Virus record (IMG/VR): IMGVR_UViG_2597490289_000004
Coordinates: 1-64,000 of that record
Strand: one strand, 5' to 3'
Length of the DNA stretch: 64,000 nucleotides
DNA from: a virus
Lineage: Duplodnaviria > Caudoviricetes
Shown: positions 63,300 to 64,000 of the stretch, piece after piece
Layout of the letters: each line of letters starts with the position of its first letter
Numbering within the stretch: the stretch's first letter is position 1
The notes under the pieces: model-generated
What the model saw: only the letters and a program-made list of their open reading frames with translations
What the model was told of the DNA's origin: nothing
Databases searched by the model: none
Program-made: the position numbers and the translations under genes

Positions 63300-63977
63300 A
63301 TGCTTAAAACAGACAGAAATGGTTTAATGAAAATACTTAATATTAATAAAAATGCATTAAAGCAAATTGAACGCAGAAATACATTAGGAAAAAGATTAAA
63401 TCTTAAAGGTTATAAACTTTTAGCTAAAGATAAAATGGGATTAACCAATGTCTATTATATTGAAGAATATGAATTTATAGAAGACAAACCTAGTAATAAA
63501 GCGATTATGACTAAAAAAGAAAAGAGAAGGATATATAGAAAGAGATATGAGAAAAAGCACAAAGAACAAGTTAAAGAACGCAGAAGAAAATACAGCAGAA
63601 CTAATAGTTTTATAAATTCAACAAAAATATATCAGAACAATAGGCGAGCAAGAGAAAAATACAATCAATATAATAGCATAACACTAGAACAATGGAAAGA
63701 ATGTTTAAGATTTTTTGATAATAAATGTGCATACAGTGGCGAACAAAAAGAAGATGATCGATTATCATTAGATCATGTATTAGCATTAAGTAATGATGGT
63801 GATAATTTAATTTATAATGTAGTGCCAGCAATTAATAAATATAATATAAACAAAGGTGAAAAACTATTTTTGCCATGGTATAAAAAACAATCTTTCTTTA
63901 GTGAAGAACGTCTTAATAAAATATATGAGTGGCAAATATATGCTAAAAATAAATTTAAACAAAAGGGTACATTTTAA
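63300..63977 (+). CDS. HNH endonuclease with shared N-terminal domain
   Basis: QW......FDNKCAYSG...DHV..LS..G......NVVPA....N..K. Confidence 0.8.
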   Translation: MLKTDRNGLMKILNINKNALKQIERRNTLGKRLNLKGYKLLAKDKMGLTNVYYIEEYEFIEDKPSNKAIMTKKEKRRIYRKRYEKKHKEQVKERRRKYSRTNSFINSTKIYQNNRRAREKYNQYNSITLEQWKECLRFFDNKCAYSGEQKEDDRLSLDHVLALSNDGDNLIYNVVPAINKYNINKGEKLFLPWYKKQSFFSEERLNKIYEWQIYAKNKFKQKGTF

Positions 63978-64000
63978 AGGTATAACTACAAGGTATATAT

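Larger units (their letters stand above)
45790..64000. mobile_element. Prophage 2, inserted in hcp; continues past the window
   Basis: Serine recombinase, repressor/Cro switch, replication and recombination genes, late activator. Confidence 0.92.

Overview
Very AT-rich Clostridium-type chromosome segment with two prophages and a short host stretch between them. Prophage 1 (window start to about 42.5 kb) is a PBSX/Xkd-like myovirus region. It runs from late-early genes through head, contractile tail, baseplate, tail fibre and lysis genes into an accessory end. That end holds a duplicated array of short non-coding promoter-terminator units, two Csp-like S8 proteases, a ParM/StbA module and XRE genes. 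The host stretch has an S41 peptidase, a kinase-like gene and the 5' part of hcp. Prophage 2 is inserted in hcp at about 45.79 kb via a large serine recombinase; its early and replication region runs to the window end. The top observation is a family of about 11 co-oriented 24-bp sites (8-8-8 imperfect palindromes, roughly TTCRCAAT-N4-A-N3-AKKRYGAA). They sit at gene boundaries next to a second, intact tyrosine recombinase in prophage 2 and also bracket the tail-fibre tip module of prophage 1, which suggests an integron-like phage gene-cassette system. All protein calls come from motif recognition and gene order by eye; no database searches were run.
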